From: Acidimicrobiales bacterium
GTDB taxonomy: Bacteria > Actinomycetota > Acidimicrobiia > Acidimicrobiales > BPGG01
Assembly: GCA_026002915.1 (NCBI GenBank)
Contig: BPGG01000001.1
Span: 597,468 to 661,467 of the forward strand
Direction: 5' to 3'
DNA: 64,000 nucleotides
A program made the translations under genes and the position numbers. Below are positions 63,424 to 64,000 of the stretch, in pieces. The notes under the pieces are model-generated. The model did not search any database and was not told where the DNA came from. It saw only the letters and a program-made list of their open reading frames with translations. The first letter of the stretch is position 1. Each line of letters starts with the position of its first letter.

Positions 63424-64000
63424 GGTCAGGCTGCGGGGTCCGCTCCGCCCCCACCCGCCCCCGCCGGGTGTGAGGATCCTCAAGACGTCCCCCGCCTCGA
63501 GCCGCACGGTGCACTTGTCCGGTAGCCGGACCTCCCGGCTCGGGTCGCCTCCTCGGAGCAGCCAGTTCCCACCCGACGCCCCCGGCCCTCCGCCTGCCAG
63601 GCCCCACGGCCGTGAGCTCCTCCTTTCGGTGATGAGCGAGACCGTCGCCTCCTCCAGGACCTCCAGCTCTCGCTCGATCCCCTCTCCGCCCGGATGCAGT
63701 CCCACCCCACCCGAGCCGCGCCGGAGAGTGAAACGACGCACCCGGAGGGGAAGAGACCTCTCCAACGCCTCGACCGGCGTGTCCATCGTGTTCGTCATGC
63801 CCGTGTGCACCCCGCTCATGCCCGGCTTCGTCGCACGCCCACCCTGCCCCGCCTCCGATCGTCTCGTAGTACACCCAGCCGTGGCCTCCGAGGAGGAGGT
63901 TGTTCATCGTCCCCTGCGAGGCTGCGGGGACCCTCTCGGGCACCACCTGAGCCAAGGCGCCCAGGCACACGTCGAGCACCCTCTGGGAGACTTCGACGTT
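63415..64000 (-). pseudogene. Hydantoinase B/oxoprolinase-family gene, 3' part (runs off the right edge), with a frameshift near 63838-63855
   Basis: ORF 63041-63979 begins ...[41 protein letters not shown]. Homology then continues in ORF 63415-63819 ([28 protein letters not shown]...LTPGGGGWG). The stop at 63415 overlaps the convergent gene by 9 nt. Confidence 0.7.

Noticed and set aside
1-64000. Search for CRISPR arrays, IS elements, integrases, prophage genes, rRNA and tRNA
   Set aside because: None seen. The only repeats found are the 114-nt intragenic duplication and the 3 x 32-bp array, and neither has CRISPR-like spacer architecture.

Overview
This is a GC-rich window (about two-thirds G+C by eye), almost fully coding, with actinobacterial-type gene content and synteny (lpd-E2-lipB-lipA, pepA, metH, moeZ-like). 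I found no rRNA, tRNA, CRISPR array, transposase or integrase. High GC produces many long antisense or alternative-frame ORFs in the track; I rejected these.

Five blocks:
- (1) 1-8.6 kb: a cell-envelope decoration cassette. It holds two paralogous MBOAT + SGNH/DltD-like acyltransferase pairs around a GT-C-like membrane protein, a GT2 polyprenyl-phosphate glycosyltransferase and a Gfo/Idh/MocA oxidoreductase.
- (2) 8.7-15.3 kb: two secreted SLH-domain proteins (one an amidase_2 peptidoglycan hydrolase with six SLH repeats), a lipoprotein and a MOP-type flippase.
- (3) 15.2-33.4 kb: housekeeping genes. These are a rhodanese-ThiF adenylyltransferase, a radical SAM protein, a Sir2 deacetylase, pepA, a PduO-type adenosyltransferase, metH, a NeuD/PglD-like acetyltransferase, an M24 peptidase, a single-ORF LipB-LipA, E2, a frameshifted lpd and an M23 peptidase.
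- (4) 33.6-59 kb: a roughly 25 kb Wzx/Wzy-dependent polysaccharide locus. It encodes a BY-kinase, a nucleotide-sugar dehydrogenase, a heparinase II/III-like protein, a GT4-phosphoglycosyltransferase fusion, three more GT4s, an FkbM methyltransferase, two paralogous sulfotransferases flanking the polymerase, a 971-aa secreted protein, a DegT aminotransferase, a bi-domain oxidoreductase and a PglF/CapD dehydratase.
- (5) 59-64 kb: miscellaneous metabolic genes, four of which carry frameshifts or truncations.

The best candidate for something new is the sulfotransferase- and methyltransferase-bearing glycan locus, together with the twin acylation cassette and the SLH-anchored hydrolases. Together these suggest an unusual, heavily decorated cell envelope.

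Caveat: the window contains at least five single-nucleotide frameshifts, several in G/C runs. Indel errors are therefore plausible and weaken any claim based on gene fusions or pseudogenes.
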